From Patescibacteria group bacterium (GTDB lineage: Bacteria > Patescibacteriota > Patescibacteriia > XYB2-FULL-38-15): 64,000 nucleotides of DNA. The stretch is taken from the NCBI GenBank assembly GCA_041650995.1, contig JBAZJZ010000001.1, positions 227,166-291,165 on the forward strand, written 5' to 3'. The notes beneath the pieces were generated by a model. The model searched no databases and was not told the origin of the DNA. It saw only the letters and a list, made by a program, of their open reading frames with translations. Shown in pieces: positions 18,082 to 30,046 of this stretch. How positions within the stretch are numbered: the stretch's first letter is position 1; each line of letters starts with the position of its first letter. The translations under genes and the position numbers were made by a program.

Positions 18082-19338
18082 ATGTTACAATCTAAACTTT
18101 TTTACAAAGCAACAAAAGAAATTTCAGAAGAAGAAAAAAGCGTTAACGCGCAACTGTTAGTGCGCGCGGGTTTTGTTGATAAATTAATGGCTGGAGTTTA
18201 TACCTATTTACCTTTTGGTCTGCGGGTTTTGAATAAGATTAAAAAAGTCATTCGCGAAGAAATAAACGCTATCGGCGGCCAGGAAATTTTGATGCCGGCC
18301 TTAACGCCAAAAGAAAATTGGATAACTACTGGACGTTGGGACACGATTGATGTTTTATTTAAATTGGAAGGTTCTGGCGGGAAAGAATACGCGCTTGGTT
18401 CAACTCACGAAGAAATTGTAACACCGCTTGTTAAAAAAATAGTGAATTCATATAAAGATTTGCCCGTTACCGTTTATCAGATTCAGGATAAATTCCGCGA
18501 TGAGCCTCGGGCGAAATCCGGACTTTTGCGCGGGCGGGAATTTTCCATGAAAGATCTTTATAGTTTTCACGCGGATGAAGCAGATTTGGATGCTTATTAT
18601 GAAAAAGCCAAAGAGGCGTATCTAGAAATTTTTCGTCGGTTGGGCTTGGATGCGATTGTTGTTGAGGCGTCGGGCGGAACTTTTTCAAAATATTCGCACG
18701 AGTTTCAAGTTTTGACGGAAAGCGGAGAAGATGTAATTTTTTATTGTGAAAAATGCCGCTATGCGCAAAACAAGGAAATTGCCGAATATAAAGCTGGCGA
18801 TAAATGCCCAAAGTGCGGCGGAAAAATATTGGAGGGAAAAGCGATTGAGGTGGGAAATATTTTTAAATTAAAAACAAAATTTTCTGAAGCTTTTGATTTA
18901 AATTTTTTAGATAAAGAGGGAAAGAAAAAATTGGCCGTGATGGGTTGCTATGGAATCGGGCCGAGCCGTGTGATGGGAGCGATTGCGGAAGTGAGTCATG
19001 ACGAAAAAGGAATTATTTGGCCGCCTGAAGCCGCGCCGTTTGATGTGCATCTAGTCGCGCTTTTTGGCAAAGATGAAGGGAAAAATAAGAAAATCAAAAA
19101 TGAATCAGAAAAGCTTTTGGAATCTTTACAAAAAGCCTGTTTTGAAGTATTATATGATGACCGAGAAGAGGCCAGTTCGGGCGTTAAATTAGCAGAAAGT
19201 GATTTGTTTGGCATTCCGTTTCGCCTTGTAATCAGTGAAAAAACATTGGATAAAAGCAGCGTGGAAGTTAAGAAAAGAAGTGAGCAGGAGGTGGAATTAG
19301 TGAAATTAAATAAAGTTGAAAAATTTTTGAAAAAATAA
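18082..19338 (+). CDS. proS: Proline--tRNA ligase (short form without full editing domain)
   Basis: LLVRAGFV, THEE, KFRDEPRAKSGLLRGREF.MKDLYSF, MGCYGIG. Confidence 0.96.
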   Translation: MLQSKLFYKATKEISEEEKSVNAQLLVRAGFVDKLMAGVYTYLPFGLRVLNKIKKVIREEINAIGGQEILMPALTPKENWITTGRWDTIDVLFKLEGSGGKEYALGSTHEEIVTPLVKKIVNSYKDLPVTVYQIQDKFRDEPRAKSGLLRGREFSMKDLYSFHADEADLDAYYEKAKEAYLEIFRRLGLDAIVVEASGGTFSKYSHEFQVLTESGEDVIFYCEKCRYAQNKEIAEYKAGDKCPKCGGKILEGKAIEVGNIFKLKTKFSEAFDLNFLDKEGKKKLAVMGCYGIGPSRVMGAIAEVSHDEKGIIWPPEAAPFDVHLVALFGKDEGKNKKIKNESEKLLESLQKACFEVLYDDREEASSGVKLAESDLFGIPFRLVISEKTLDKSSVEVKKRSEQEVELVKLNKVEKFLKK

Positions 19339-19341
19339 AAT

Positions 19342-20397
19342 ATGTTTAATAATTTACTGGGTCGATTTTCAAGAGATCTGGGAATTGATCTTGGCACAGC
19401 CAATACAAAAGTATTTGTAAAAGACAAGGGTATTGTAATCAACGAACCCTCGGTTGTTGCTATAAATAATAAAACCGGACAGATTTTGGCGATCGGTGAA
19501 GATGCCAAAAAAATGCTTGGAAAAACTCCGCCGCATATTATCGCTTCCCGGCCGATAGTTGACGGTATTATTTCAGATTTTGAAGTGACGGAAAAAATGT
19601 TGAAATATTTTATTGATAAAGTTCACCAGGAAGGTTTTACAATTTTACCAAGACCCAGGGTTGCTATCGGAATTCCCCTTGACATTACTGAAGTTGAAAG
19701 AAAAGCCGTGGAAGACGCGGCGTTATCGGCCGGCGCCCGCGAAGTCTTTTTGATTGAAAAAGCAATGGCGGCGGCGATCGGAGCGAGGCTGCCCATTTCT
19801 GATGCGGTTGGCAATATAATTATTGATATAGGGGAAGGGACTACGGAAATTGCCGTCATCGCGCTTTCAGGAGTTGTCACCTGGAAAACTTTGCGCGTGG
19901 CCGGAGAAGAGATGAATAAAAGTATTATTCAGTACGCCCGCGACGTTTTCAACTTACTTTTGGGAGAAAAAATCGCGGAAGATATAAAAATAAAAATCGG
20001 CTCGGCTTCAGAAATTAAAGAGCCTCTCACAATGGAAATGCGTGGCAGAGATCTCCTAACCGGTCTTCCGAAATCAGTGACAGTAAATGATGTTCAAATT
20101 CGCGAGGCGCTTGGTCGTTCCGTAAAACAAATTATTGATGGGGTTAAAGCGACTCTTGAAGTAACGCCGCCAGAACTTTTGGCAGATATTTTTGAAAGAG
20201 GAATGGTTTTAACGGGCGGGGGAGCGTTGCTTCGAGGAATTGATCAAGCAATAACAAAGGCCACAGAAATTCCCGTTAGAGTTGCCGATGACCCCTTGAC
20301 CGCGACCGTTCGAGGAACCGGATTGCTTTTGGAAAATATTCCGTTACTTAAAGAAATTGCTGTTCCATCAACTCAAGAAGAAGAAAAGAGAAGATAG
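19342..20397 (+). CDS. mreB: Rod shape-determining protein MreB
   Basis: DLGIDLGTANT, EPSVVA, LTGGGALL. Confidence 0.96.
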   Translation: MFNNLLGRFSRDLGIDLGTANTKVFVKDKGIVINEPSVVAINNKTGQILAIGEDAKKMLGKTPPHIIASRPIVDGIISDFEVTEKMLKYFIDKVHQEGFTILPRPRVAIGIPLDITEVERKAVEDAALSAGAREVFLIEKAMAAAIGARLPISDAVGNIIIDIGEGTTEIAVIALSGVVTWKTLRVAGEEMNKSIIQYARDVFNLLLGEKIAEDIKIKIGSASEIKEPLTMEMRGRDLLTGLPKSVTVNDVQIREALGRSVKQIIDGVKATLEVTPPELLADIFERGMVLTGGGALLRGIDQAITKATEIPVRVADDPLTATVRGTGLLLENIPLLKEIAVPSTQEEEKRR

Positions 20398-20461
20398 ATT
20401 GGTTATTAAAAAATCCAAATGTTAAAATCCAAAATAAAAAATTTGGATTTTAAGTTTATTT

Positions 20462-21259
20462 ATGCGCCTTAATGTTTCAAAGCCAGTTCTAATAATATTG
20501 CTAGTTTTTTTTCTTATGATGATTTTCCATTATAGCGGAATTATTTTTCCCGTGGAAAATTTTGCCATTAGAATTTTAAGTCCGGTGGGCGGGGGATTTT
20601 ATAATTTTGGCCAAAAAATTCAGTCATTTTTTAAGCCGGAGATATCTGCCACCGATTATGAAAAATTATTAGCGGAGAGAGATCAATTAATCGCCGAAAA
20701 AGCGGAATTGTTGACGCTCCAAAGAGAAAATGAAGAGCTTAGGTCATCTTTAAATTTTCAAAAAGAGAAACCATACGATTCCTTAATGGCAAATGTTATC
20801 GGTCGCGATCCAAATTTTTCTAATTATTTTATTTTAAATAAAGGGTCAAAGGACGGCGTTCTCGTTAATTTGCCAGTTGTTTCTCCGGAAGGAATATTGG
20901 TTGGAAAAATTTTAAAAGTTGAAGACAAACTTTCCATAATGCTGATCCCAACCGATACTAATTTTCAAACAGCCGCCGCGATTTTAGGCGAAACCAAAAA
21001 CAGCACAAGCGGTCTGGTGCATGGGGAGAAGGGGTTGGGCATTAAAATGGAGTTTATCCCTCAGGAAGAAGAAATTTCTCGCGATGATATTGTGGTAACT
21101 TCCGGCTTGGAACTTAATATGCCGAAGGGTTTGGTAATCGGCCGGATAGCCGAGGCTAAAAGAGAATCAAGGGATATTTTTGGAGAAGCGACAATTAGTC
21201 CGCTCGCGGTTTATGAAAATTTGGACGCGGTTATGGTTCTTCTCCCCTCCAAAGAATAA
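20462..21259 (+). CDS. mreC: Rod shape-determining protein MreC
   Basis: TM then coiled coil, LNKGSKDGV, VVTSG; synteny. Confidence 0.92.
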   Translation: MRLNVSKPVLIILLVFFLMMIFHYSGIIFPVENFAIRILSPVGGGFYNFGQKIQSFFKPEISATDYEKLLAERDQLIAEKAELLTLQRENEELRSSLNFQKEKPYDSLMANVIGRDPNFSNYFILNKGSKDGVLVNLPVVSPEGILVGKILKVEDKLSIMLIPTDTNFQTAAAILGETKNSTSGLVHGEKGLGIKMEFIPQEEEISRDDIVVTSGLELNMPKGLVIGRIAEAKRESRDIFGEATISPLAVYENLDAVMVLLPSKE

Positions 21260-21262
21260 ATT

Positions 21263-21820
21263 ATGAAAAAATTTGAACGTTTTAGGCATTTATTAAAAAT
21301 TATTGGTAAAGCTGCGGCGATAAGTTTATTAGTTTTGTTTCAAGCCAGTTTTATTGCTGCCCTGCCTTGGCCGTTTAATTATTTTAATTTTGTTCTCTCG
21401 GTTTTAATTTTTATCGCAGTAATTTTTAACTTTCGTCAAGCCCTTTGGTTTGCCCTTTTTTCAGGTTTAATTCTTGACATTTTTTCTTTTTCTGGTTTTG
21501 GAACAATGGCGGCAATATTAATTTTGAACGCGATAATCATAAATTTTCTTTTTAGAAATTTTTTTACCAATCGTTCATTGTATTCTCTAATTATAATAGG
21601 GCTTATAGGTAACGGAATTTATATTTTGTCGTTATTAATTTTTAATTTTTTATTTTTTATTTTTGGGGCGGCGGATAATCTTGAGAAGTTTTTTAGTCGA
21701 GAAAACATTTTTGGGCTCGGTTGGCAAGTAGTTTTTGGAGTTTTATTTTTAGCTATTTTATTTTTATTATTTAATTTTTTAAGTAAAAAGTTAAAATCGG
21801 TTTTTCTTGACGCGGGGTAA
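21263..21820 (+). CDS. mreD: MreD-like membrane protein
   Basis: GLILDIFS..FG motif; lies between mreC and mrdA. Confidence 0.75.
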   Translation: MKKFERFRHLLKIIGKAAAISLLVLFQASFIAALPWPFNYFNFVLSVLIFIAVIFNFRQALWFALFSGLILDIFSFSGFGTMAAILILNAIIINFLFRNFFTNRSLYSLIIIGLIGNGIYILSLLIFNFLFFIFGAADNLEKFFSRENIFGLGWQVVFGVLFLAILFLLFNFLSKKLKSVFLDAG

Positions 21821-21826
21821 AAAATA

Positions 21827-23809
21827 ATGAATATTTTTAAAAAAAATAATTTACGATCTAACGATCCCTTCGCCATCCACGAAATTCCCGAGAGAGATTT
21901 TCGTTTGAATGAGGATAGAAATTTAGATTGGGTTGAAGAAAGTTTCGAGGTTGGTAGTTCGGTTGAAATAGAAGCGGATAAAAGCGGGAATGGGCGAGGA
22001 ATTAGAAAAGAATTTTTGGGGTTAGCTCTGAATCAAAAGAGACTAGCCGTTTTTTTAATTTTTATTTTTGGAATTCTTGGGATTTTATTTGGCAGAACCG
22101 CGTATCTCCAGATTGTTAGAGGTGCGCATTACAGGCAAATAGCGGAAGGTAATCGCATTAGAACAATTTACACGGCTGCTGAACGAGGAATTATTTATGA
22201 TTGCAACTCAACAGTGCTTGTAAAAAACGTGCCTACCTTTTCGCTTTATTTAATTCCAACAGATTTTCCGAAAGATAATGAGGCGAGAACTGGTGCCATA
22301 GAAAATTTAGCAAACGTGATAAAAATTCAGCCGAAAGAGATAGAAGAAAAATTAGGGGGAGCATCTTCATATTCGTATTCACCGATAATGCTTCGAGAAA
22401 ATATTGAGTATGAAGAAGCCATCCGTCTTAAAATAGAAAGTTCATTTCTGTCGGGCATTGATTTGAAATTAGAAAGTCGCCGCGAATATTTAAATGGAGA
22501 AAATTTTGCCACAGAAAGTTTGTCTCATATTTTAGGTTATGTTGGCAAGGTTAATCAGGATGACCTTGAGAAATACGATGATTACAATTCAACTGATTTT
22601 ATAGGGAAAACCGGGTTGGAATTATTTTATGAAAATTTACTTCGTGGCCAAAATGGCAAAAGACAAGTGGAAGTTGACGCTTTGGGAAAAGAAAAAAGCG
22701 TGATCGCCAAGGAAGATCCGGTGCGCGGTAAAAATATTACGTTAACTCTTGACATTGAAGTGCAGAAAAAGATGGAGGAAATAATAGAAAAACATCTCGC
22801 CGCCACAAAAAAATCTCGGGCTGCGGCGATAGTGATCGATCCCCAAAACGGAAAAATATTATCAATGGTAAGTTTGCCAGCCTTTGATAACAATCTTTTT
22901 GCCAAAGGTATTTCTTCAAAAGATTATGAGGCGCTTATTAATAATCCAAATCATCCATTTCTTAACCGCGCAGTTATGGGCGAGTATCCGTCCGGCTCAA
23001 CAATAAAACCGGTTATCGCTGCAGCGGCGTTAGAAGAGGGGATTATTAATAAAAACACATCATTTTTAAGCACGGGCGGACTTCGGATTAGCAGTTGGTT
23101 TTTTCCGGATTGGTTGGGCGGCGGACATGGCCTGACAAATGTTACAAAAGCTATTGCCGATTCGGTTAATACTTTCTTCTATATTATCGGCGGCGGTTAC
23201 GACAAGTTTGAAGGATTGGGCGTGGCGAGAATTGTGGAATACGCCAAACTTTTCGGTTTTGGGGAAAGTTTGGGAATAGATTTGCCGAATGAATCGGAAG
23301 GATTTTTGCCAAGCGAAGAATGGAAAGAAAAAACAAAAGGAGAGCAGTGGTATATTGGCGATACATATCATTTAGCTATCGGTCAGGGCGACCTTTTGGT
23401 TACACCACTCCAGATCGCCGCCTCTACAACTGTTTTCGCGAATGGCGGCGCGCTTTATCGCCCGCATTTTCTGGAGGCAATTGAAACAGAGAAAGTTCCT
23501 GCGGAAAATTATTTGATTAGGGAAAATTTTATCAGTAAAGAAAATATTGAGATAGTTCGCGGGGGAATGAGACAAACGGTTACTTCCGGCAGTGCGAAAA
23601 AAATGCTTGATTTGCCCGTGACTTCTGCCGGCAAAACGGGTACGGCGCAATGGAGCACGACAAAATCTCCGCATGCCTGGTTTACAGCTTTTGCCCCTTT
23701 CAATAATCCGGAAATTTCCGTTACCGTGCTTGTCGAGGAAGGGGAAGAGGGGAGCAGAGTTGCGCTTGATATTGCCCGGGAATTTATGATGTGGTATTTT
23801 ACGAAATGA
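21827..23809 (+). CDS. mrdA: Penicillin-binding protein 2
   Basis: GSTIK (SxxK), SVN, KTGTAQ; dimerisation domain. Confidence 0.95.
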   Translation: MNIFKKNNLRSNDPFAIHEIPERDFRLNEDRNLDWVEESFEVGSSVEIEADKSGNGRGIRKEFLGLALNQKRLAVFLIFIFGILGILFGRTAYLQIVRGAHYRQIAEGNRIRTIYTAAERGIIYDCNSTVLVKNVPTFSLYLIPTDFPKDNEARTGAIENLANVIKIQPKEIEEKLGGASSYSYSPIMLRENIEYEEAIRLKIESSFLSGIDLKLESRREYLNGENFATESLSHILGYVGKVNQDDLEKYDDYNSTDFIGKTGLELFYENLLRGQNGKRQVEVDALGKEKSVIAKEDPVRGKNITLTLDIEVQKKMEEIIEKHLAATKKSRAAAIVIDPQNGKILSMVSLPAFDNNLFAKGISSKDYEALINNPNHPFLNRAVMGEYPSGSTIKPVIAAAALEEGIINKNTSFLSTGGLRISSWFFPDWLGGGHGLTNVTKAIADSVNTFFYIIGGGYDKFEGLGVARIVEYAKLFGFGESLGIDLPNESEGFLPSEEWKEKTKGEQWYIGDTYHLAIGQGDLLVTPLQIAASTTVFANGGALYRPHFLEAIETEKVPAENYLIRENFISKENIEIVRGGMRQTVTSGSAKKMLDLPVTSAGKTGTAQWSTTKSPHAWFTAFAPFNNPEISVTVLVEEGEEGSRVALDIAREFMMWYFTK

Positions 23810-23891
23810 TTTGCCGCGGTCTGTTGCTAAGATTTTTAAACTCTATTATACTTAACAGCATATTGTGTATAACTTTTAAAAAGGTTTATCT

Positions 23892-24356
23892 ATGCAGGAT
23901 CAAAAAGTTTACGTGTCAAAAGAAGGTTTGGAAAAATTTAAGCAGGAATTAGACGATTTAGTGAACGTGAAAAGGAAAGAAATCATTGAGCGCATTGAAA
24001 GAGCAAAAGAACTTGGCGATTTGTCCGAGAACGCCGAGTACGCGGCGGCGAAAGACGAGCAGGCGTTTACTGAGGGTAGAATTCTTGAACTTCAAGACAT
24101 GGTTGCCCGCGCGGAAATTATAAACGGTTCGGGAAAAGTTGATTTGGTCCGCGTAGGATCAAAAGTAAAAGTGAAAAGCGACGGCACGGAAACGGAATAT
24201 GAAATTGTTGGGGTGGCCGAGGCAGATCCAGTGGCCGGAAAAATTTCTAATGAATCACCACTTGGTAGGTCATTTTTGGGTCGGAAAATTGGGGATAAGG
24301 TTCAAATTCAGATACCAAAAGGGACGGTTACATATACGATTTTGGAAATCAGGTAA
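23892..24356 (+). CDS. greA: Transcription elongation factor GreA
   Basis: GDLSENAEY, ISNESPLG. Confidence 0.97.
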   Translation: MQDQKVYVSKEGLEKFKQELDDLVNVKRKEIIERIERAKELGDLSENAEYAAAKDEQAFTEGRILELQDMVARAEIINGSGKVDLVRVGSKVKVKSDGTETEYEIVGVAEADPVAGKISNESPLGRSFLGRKIGDKVQIQIPKGTVTYTILEIR

Positions 24357-24375
24357 ATAAATAGAAAAATGTAAC

Positions 24376-24419
24376 AAAAAAACGCCGGCGTTTCCATTCC
24401 ATGGAATCGCCGGTTTTTT
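24376..24419. terminator. Bidirectional terminator
   Basis: A-tract CCGGCG TTTCCAT..ATGGAAT CGCCGG T-tract. Confidence 0.75.
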
Positions 24420-24435
24420 CGTTATTCCTTCTCCA

Positions 24436-24681
24436 TTATCCCGAAGGAGTAGGCGGTGGTTGTGTAGGCATGAAGATTACGATGGTTTCTTTGCCTTGCT
24501 TGGTCAACTGGAGTCGGTAGCCCTGCTTTTGATAGCTGACAATACCATCGACTAGCCTAATCAGGTTTCTGATTGTTTCGCTGGTGGTCGGTGTGTGAAG
24601 TGCTTCCCTTAGAGCCTGAAGCATTTGCCAGTCAACATCGTTAAATTCTAATGTCGTTTTTCCTGGTTTCCTCCTCGCCAC
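24436..24681 (-). CDS. Ribbon-helix-helix-like small protein, GC-richer unit 6 (start revised to GTG 24681)
   Basis: KTTLEFNDVDWQMLQALREAL..TTSETIRNLI fits RHH; SD GGGGAGGA; TTGACA 24762, 17 bp, TAACAT. Confidence 0.65.
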   Translation of the reverse strand: MARRKPGKTTLEFNDVDWQMLQALREALHTPTTSETIRNLIRLVDGIVSYQKQGYRLQLTKQGKETIVIFMPTQPPPTPSG

Positions 24682-24836
24682 CTTACATTCCTCCCCCTCA
24701 CCTTTCGCGGTTACCCGAAAGGTGAAGTCTCTAATGTTAGAATAGTATCTAGGTGTTGTCAAGAGTTCCCTTTTTGACATTATTCTAAAATTAAGATAAA
24801 ATTAATACAATAAATTGTTTAAAATTACTTTAAAAT

Positions 24837-26321
<1,485 letters not shown>

Positions 26322-26324
26322 TTT

Positions 26325-27191
26325 ATGATCGAAGAAGAAATATTAAAAGAAATCGCGGCAAGGGAGCATTTTGTTATAAGCCAATTTGAACGAGTTGGTT
26401 TAGATATTCGGCGATATCCAGAATTATTTGATAGATTAAAGCAACTCCATGGTCCAGAGTCAAAACACTTTGAGGACGCCGTGCAGATGGTGGAAATAAT
26501 TGAAGAAATTTGGGAAGAGTTGGACAAACAGCTACCTTTTAAATTGGAGAAAGAAAAGATGATTTTGGCTACACTTTTACACGATGTCGGAAAATCCGGA
26601 CCCAAGGAGGCGACCTCTGAAGAACAAAAATTGATTGTTACTCTTTTTGATCCAACTCATTATGAACGAATCGTGGCGGCTGGAAAAAATGTGGCAGAAG
26701 AAACTATTCTTCGCGCTCTTCGCGATTCTGATTTGGAGGATGGAGCGCAACGTAAGATTGCAAAATATCTAAATAGTTTGGGCATAGATATTTCAAGTGA
26801 AAAAATGATTGATTTCTGGCGTCGGCATGCTGATTGGACTTATGATATCTTGAAAGATTTAGAGGGTGAAAAAATTGATGATCGGTTGGCCGTGATGGCC
26901 GCGTCGCATCATATTTTAGACGGGAAAAATCCAGCGGGGATTAATTTAGAACAAATTCCCGAAGAAGCCAGAACAATTGAAATAATTGAAACTTACGAAG
27001 TTTTAACTATTGTTGATAAATTTCAAGCTTTTATAAAAAGAAGCGGGCTTGACCATGCTGCAGCAATAAAAATTTTACGGAGTATAATTATAAATCAGAA
27101 ATTTCCCAAGCGGGTGGAGGAAAGTTATCTTGCAATTCTCACAGTTATAGAAAATTCAAAAGATAAATTACAAGCTAAATTGAAGAAGTAA
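26325..27191 (+). CDS. HD-domain phosphohydrolase-like protein
   Basis: LLHDVGK, H, SHH, VDKF. Confidence 0.7.
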   Translation: MIEEEILKEIAAREHFVISQFERVGLDIRRYPELFDRLKQLHGPESKHFEDAVQMVEIIEEIWEELDKQLPFKLEKEKMILATLLHDVGKSGPKEATSEEQKLIVTLFDPTHYERIVAAGKNVAEETILRALRDSDLEDGAQRKIAKYLNSLGIDISSEKMIDFWRRHADWTYDILKDLEGEKIDDRLAVMAASHHILDGKNPAGINLEQIPEEARTIEIIETYEVLTIVDKFQAFIKRSGLDHAAAIKILRSIIINQKFPKRVEESYLAILTVIENSKDKLQAKLKK

Positions 27192-27193
27192 TT

Positions 27194-27607
27194 ATGGCCA
27201 AGCCGAAAAAAAAAGTAATGGTCTTTGGCACTTTTGCAGTTTTGCATCCCGGCCATCTTTATTTTTTTCGCGAGGCAAAAAAGCGCGGCGATAAATTAAC
27301 TGTTGTCGTGGCGCGCGATCTAACGGTTAAAAAAGTGAAGGGTTTTTCGCCAAAATTAGACGAGCAGGCGCGGCAAGAAATGGTAGATGCTATAAAACTT
27401 GTTAATGTGGCAGTGCTTGGCGATAAAATTGATTGGTATAAAATAATTTTAAAATATAAACCGGAAATAATTTGTCTCGGCTACGATCAGGTAGCGCCAA
27501 AAAATTTTAGAGAAGAGTTGCGGAGGAGGGGAGTGGACGCGAAAATTTTCAGGTTAAAATCTTATAAACCAAAAAAATATAAATCTTCTAAAATTTTGAA
27601 TAAATAA
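27194..27607 (+). CDS. Cytidylyltransferase-family protein (RibL-type FAD synthase-like)
   Basis: VFGTF..LHPGH, VVVARD, LGYDQ. Confidence 0.85.
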   Translation: MAKPKKKVMVFGTFAVLHPGHLYFFREAKKRGDKLTVVVARDLTVKKVKGFSPKLDEQARQEMVDAIKLVNVAVLGDKIDWYKIILKYKPEIICLGYDQVAPKNFREELRRRGVDAKIFRLKSYKPKKYKSSKILNK

Positions 27608-27612
27608 AATTT

Positions 27613-28902
27613 ATGATGGATATAAAATTTATCCGAGAAAAGAAAGAATTAATGAAAGAAGTAGCAAAAAATAAAAATAGCAAAGTTGATATTGATAAAT
27701 TACTCGCGGTTGACGAAAAACGGTGTAATTTAATTTCTGAAGTAGAAAAATTAAAAGCGGATTTAAACAAACGATCAAAAACAAAACCTAGCCCAGAAGA
27801 GATTGCGGCCTTGAAAGAATTGAGTGGAAAAATTAAAAAAATGGATGAGGAGTTGGTCGCGGTGGAAAAAGAATATCACGACTTAATGCTTCTTGTGCCA
27901 AATATTTATTCTGCGGACACGCCGGTCGGACCGGACAATACTGCAAACCGCGAAGTAACGCGCTGGGGTAAACCGACAAAATTTGATTTTACCCCGAAAG
28001 ACCATATTACGCTTGGTAAAGAGCTTAATTTAATCGATCTTGAGGCTGGCGCTAAAACCTCGGGTTATCGCGGCTATTACCTTAAAAATGAGGCCGTATT
28101 GCTTCATTTTGCCCTTTTATGGCACGCTATTAATAAAATGCGGAAAAAGGGTTTCGAGTTGATATTAACCCCGACACTGCTTCGGGAATTCGCGCTTTTG
28201 GGTAGCGGCCATTTTCCAGAAGGAAAGGATGAAATTTATCAGATTGGAAATCCAGGACGCTTGGCCGACGGCAGTACAAAGGAGGAAATTTTTTTGGCGG
28301 GTACTTCCGAGCCGGGGCTTCTCGCGTATTTTTCTGACAAAGTTTTTGAAGAAAAAGATTTGCCAGTGAAAGTTTGTGGATTTTCTCCCTGCTATCGTTC
28401 GGAAATCGGCAGTTATGGCAAGGATACAAAAGGCCTTTACCGAATTCATGAATTTATGAAAGTTGAGCAGGTAATTTTATGTAAAAATAATTTGGAAGAA
28501 TCGCTTGAGTGGCTAGAAAAATTGCGAGGCATTGCAGAAGAGATTTTGCAGGATTTGAAATTGCCGTATCGCGTGATTCAACTTTCCACTGGCGATATGG
28601 GGACGGGAAAATACAAGATGTATGATTTGGAAACTTATATGCCGTCCATGACTTCAAGGAATTTTTACGGTGAAACACATTCTGACTCAAACCTGACCGA
28701 CTGGCAGACGAGAAGGCTGAATATAAAATATAAAACTAAAGAAGGGAAAACTGAATTTGCATACGCCCTGAATAATACGGTTATTGCATCGCCAAGAATT
28801 TTGATTGCCATTTTGGAAAATTATCAGCAAAAAGACGGCAGCATAAAAATTCCAAAAGTTTTGCAGAAATATTGCGGAGTGAAAGTTATCAAGAAAAAAT
28901 AA
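27613..28902 (+). CDS. serS: Serine--tRNA ligase
   Basis: GTSE, CYRSEIGSYGKDTKGLYRIHEFMKVEQ, LNNT. Confidence 0.97.
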   Translation: MMDIKFIREKKELMKEVAKNKNSKVDIDKLLAVDEKRCNLISEVEKLKADLNKRSKTKPSPEEIAALKELSGKIKKMDEELVAVEKEYHDLMLLVPNIYSADTPVGPDNTANREVTRWGKPTKFDFTPKDHITLGKELNLIDLEAGAKTSGYRGYYLKNEAVLLHFALLWHAINKMRKKGFELILTPTLLREFALLGSGHFPEGKDEIYQIGNPGRLADGSTKEEIFLAGTSEPGLLAYFSDKVFEEKDLPVKVCGFSPCYRSEIGSYGKDTKGLYRIHEFMKVEQVILCKNNLEESLEWLEKLRGIAEEILQDLKLPYRVIQLSTGDMGTGKYKMYDLETYMPSMTSRNFYGETHSDSNLTDWQTRRLNIKYKTKEGKTEFAYALNNTVIASPRILIAILENYQQKDGSIKIPKVLQKYCGVKVIKKK

Positions 28903-28908
28903 TTATCT

Positions 28909-30036
28909 ATGAAAACATGGATTGAAATTAGCCGAGAGGCTCTGAATTATAATTTGTCCCAATTTAAAAAATTGGTTGGCGATAGCGTAAAAATAATGGG
29001 TGTGGTAAAAGCCAATGCTTACGGCCATGGCTTAACTGAAGTGGCTGGCATTATTTCCGATAAAGTTAATTGGTTCGGCGTAGATTCAATCTCTGAAGCA
29101 TTGAAATTGCGGCAGGCCGCCATTAAAAAGCCAATTTTAGTTTTGGGTTATACCGAGTTGGCCGACCTGAAAGAGGCAGTAAAAAATAGTGTAAGTTTAA
29201 CGGTTTACAATAGAGAGACAATTGAAAGGCTTGGTAAAATTCCAATCCATAATCCAAATTTAAATCCAAAAATTCACATCAAAATTGAAACCGGAACCTC
29301 AAGACAAGGCGTTTTGGAAAATGAAATTTTAGATTTTGTAAAATTTGTAAAACAATATCCTTCAATTGAAATTCAAGGACTTTCCACCCATTACGCCAAT
29401 ATTGAAGACACGACTGATTCAAGTTTTGCCATGGAACAGCTGTCAGCTTTTACTCGCATGGCGGAAATTTTAAAAAAAGAAGGTGTGACGCCGCTCCGGC
29501 ATACAGCGTGTTCTGCTGCCACGATTTTATTTCCGGAAACTCATTTTGAAATGGTGCGGCTTGGCATTAGTATGTATGGGTTTTGGTCTTCAAAAGAAAC
29601 AAAGGCCGTGGCAAAAACCAAAAATTTAGAATTGGATTTAAAGCCGGCCTTAACTTGGAAAACAATTGTTGCGCAAATAAAAAATTTGCCCTCTGGTACG
29701 CCAATTGGTTATGGTTTGAGTGAACGCACGGGCCGTGATTCAAAAATTGCCATTTTGCCGATCGGCTATTACGACGGCTACGATCGCAAACTCGGAAGTG
29801 TGGGGAATGCTTTAATTCGCGGCAAACGTTGCAAAGTTTTGGGAAGAGTTTGCATGAATATGATTATTGTTGACGCGACTGATTTAGAAAAAATTGAGTT
29901 GGAAGATGAAGTAGTTTTACTCGGCCGGCAGGGGAGAGAGGAAATAACCACGGAAGATTTAGCGGGCAAAATTGGAACAATTAATTATGAAGTTGTGACA
30001 AGAATTAATCCTAATATTTTGCGACACATAGTATAA
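28909..30036 (+). CDS. alr: Alanine racemase
   Basis: VVKANAYGHG, IGYYDG, GRVCMN, GTINYE. Confidence 0.96.
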   Translation: MKTWIEISREALNYNLSQFKKLVGDSVKIMGVVKANAYGHGLTEVAGIISDKVNWFGVDSISEALKLRQAAIKKPILVLGYTELADLKEAVKNSVSLTVYNRETIERLGKIPIHNPNLNPKIHIKIETGTSRQGVLENEILDFVKFVKQYPSIEIQGLSTHYANIEDTTDSSFAMEQLSAFTRMAEILKKEGVTPLRHTACSAATILFPETHFEMVRLGISMYGFWSSKETKAVAKTKNLELDLKPALTWKTIVAQIKNLPSGTPIGYGLSERTGRDSKIAILPIGYYDGYDRKLGSVGNALIRGKRCKVLGRVCMNMIIVDATDLEKIELEDEVVLLGRQGREEITTEDLAGKIGTINYEVVTRINPNILRHIV

Positions 30037-30046
30037 TTTATAGAAT

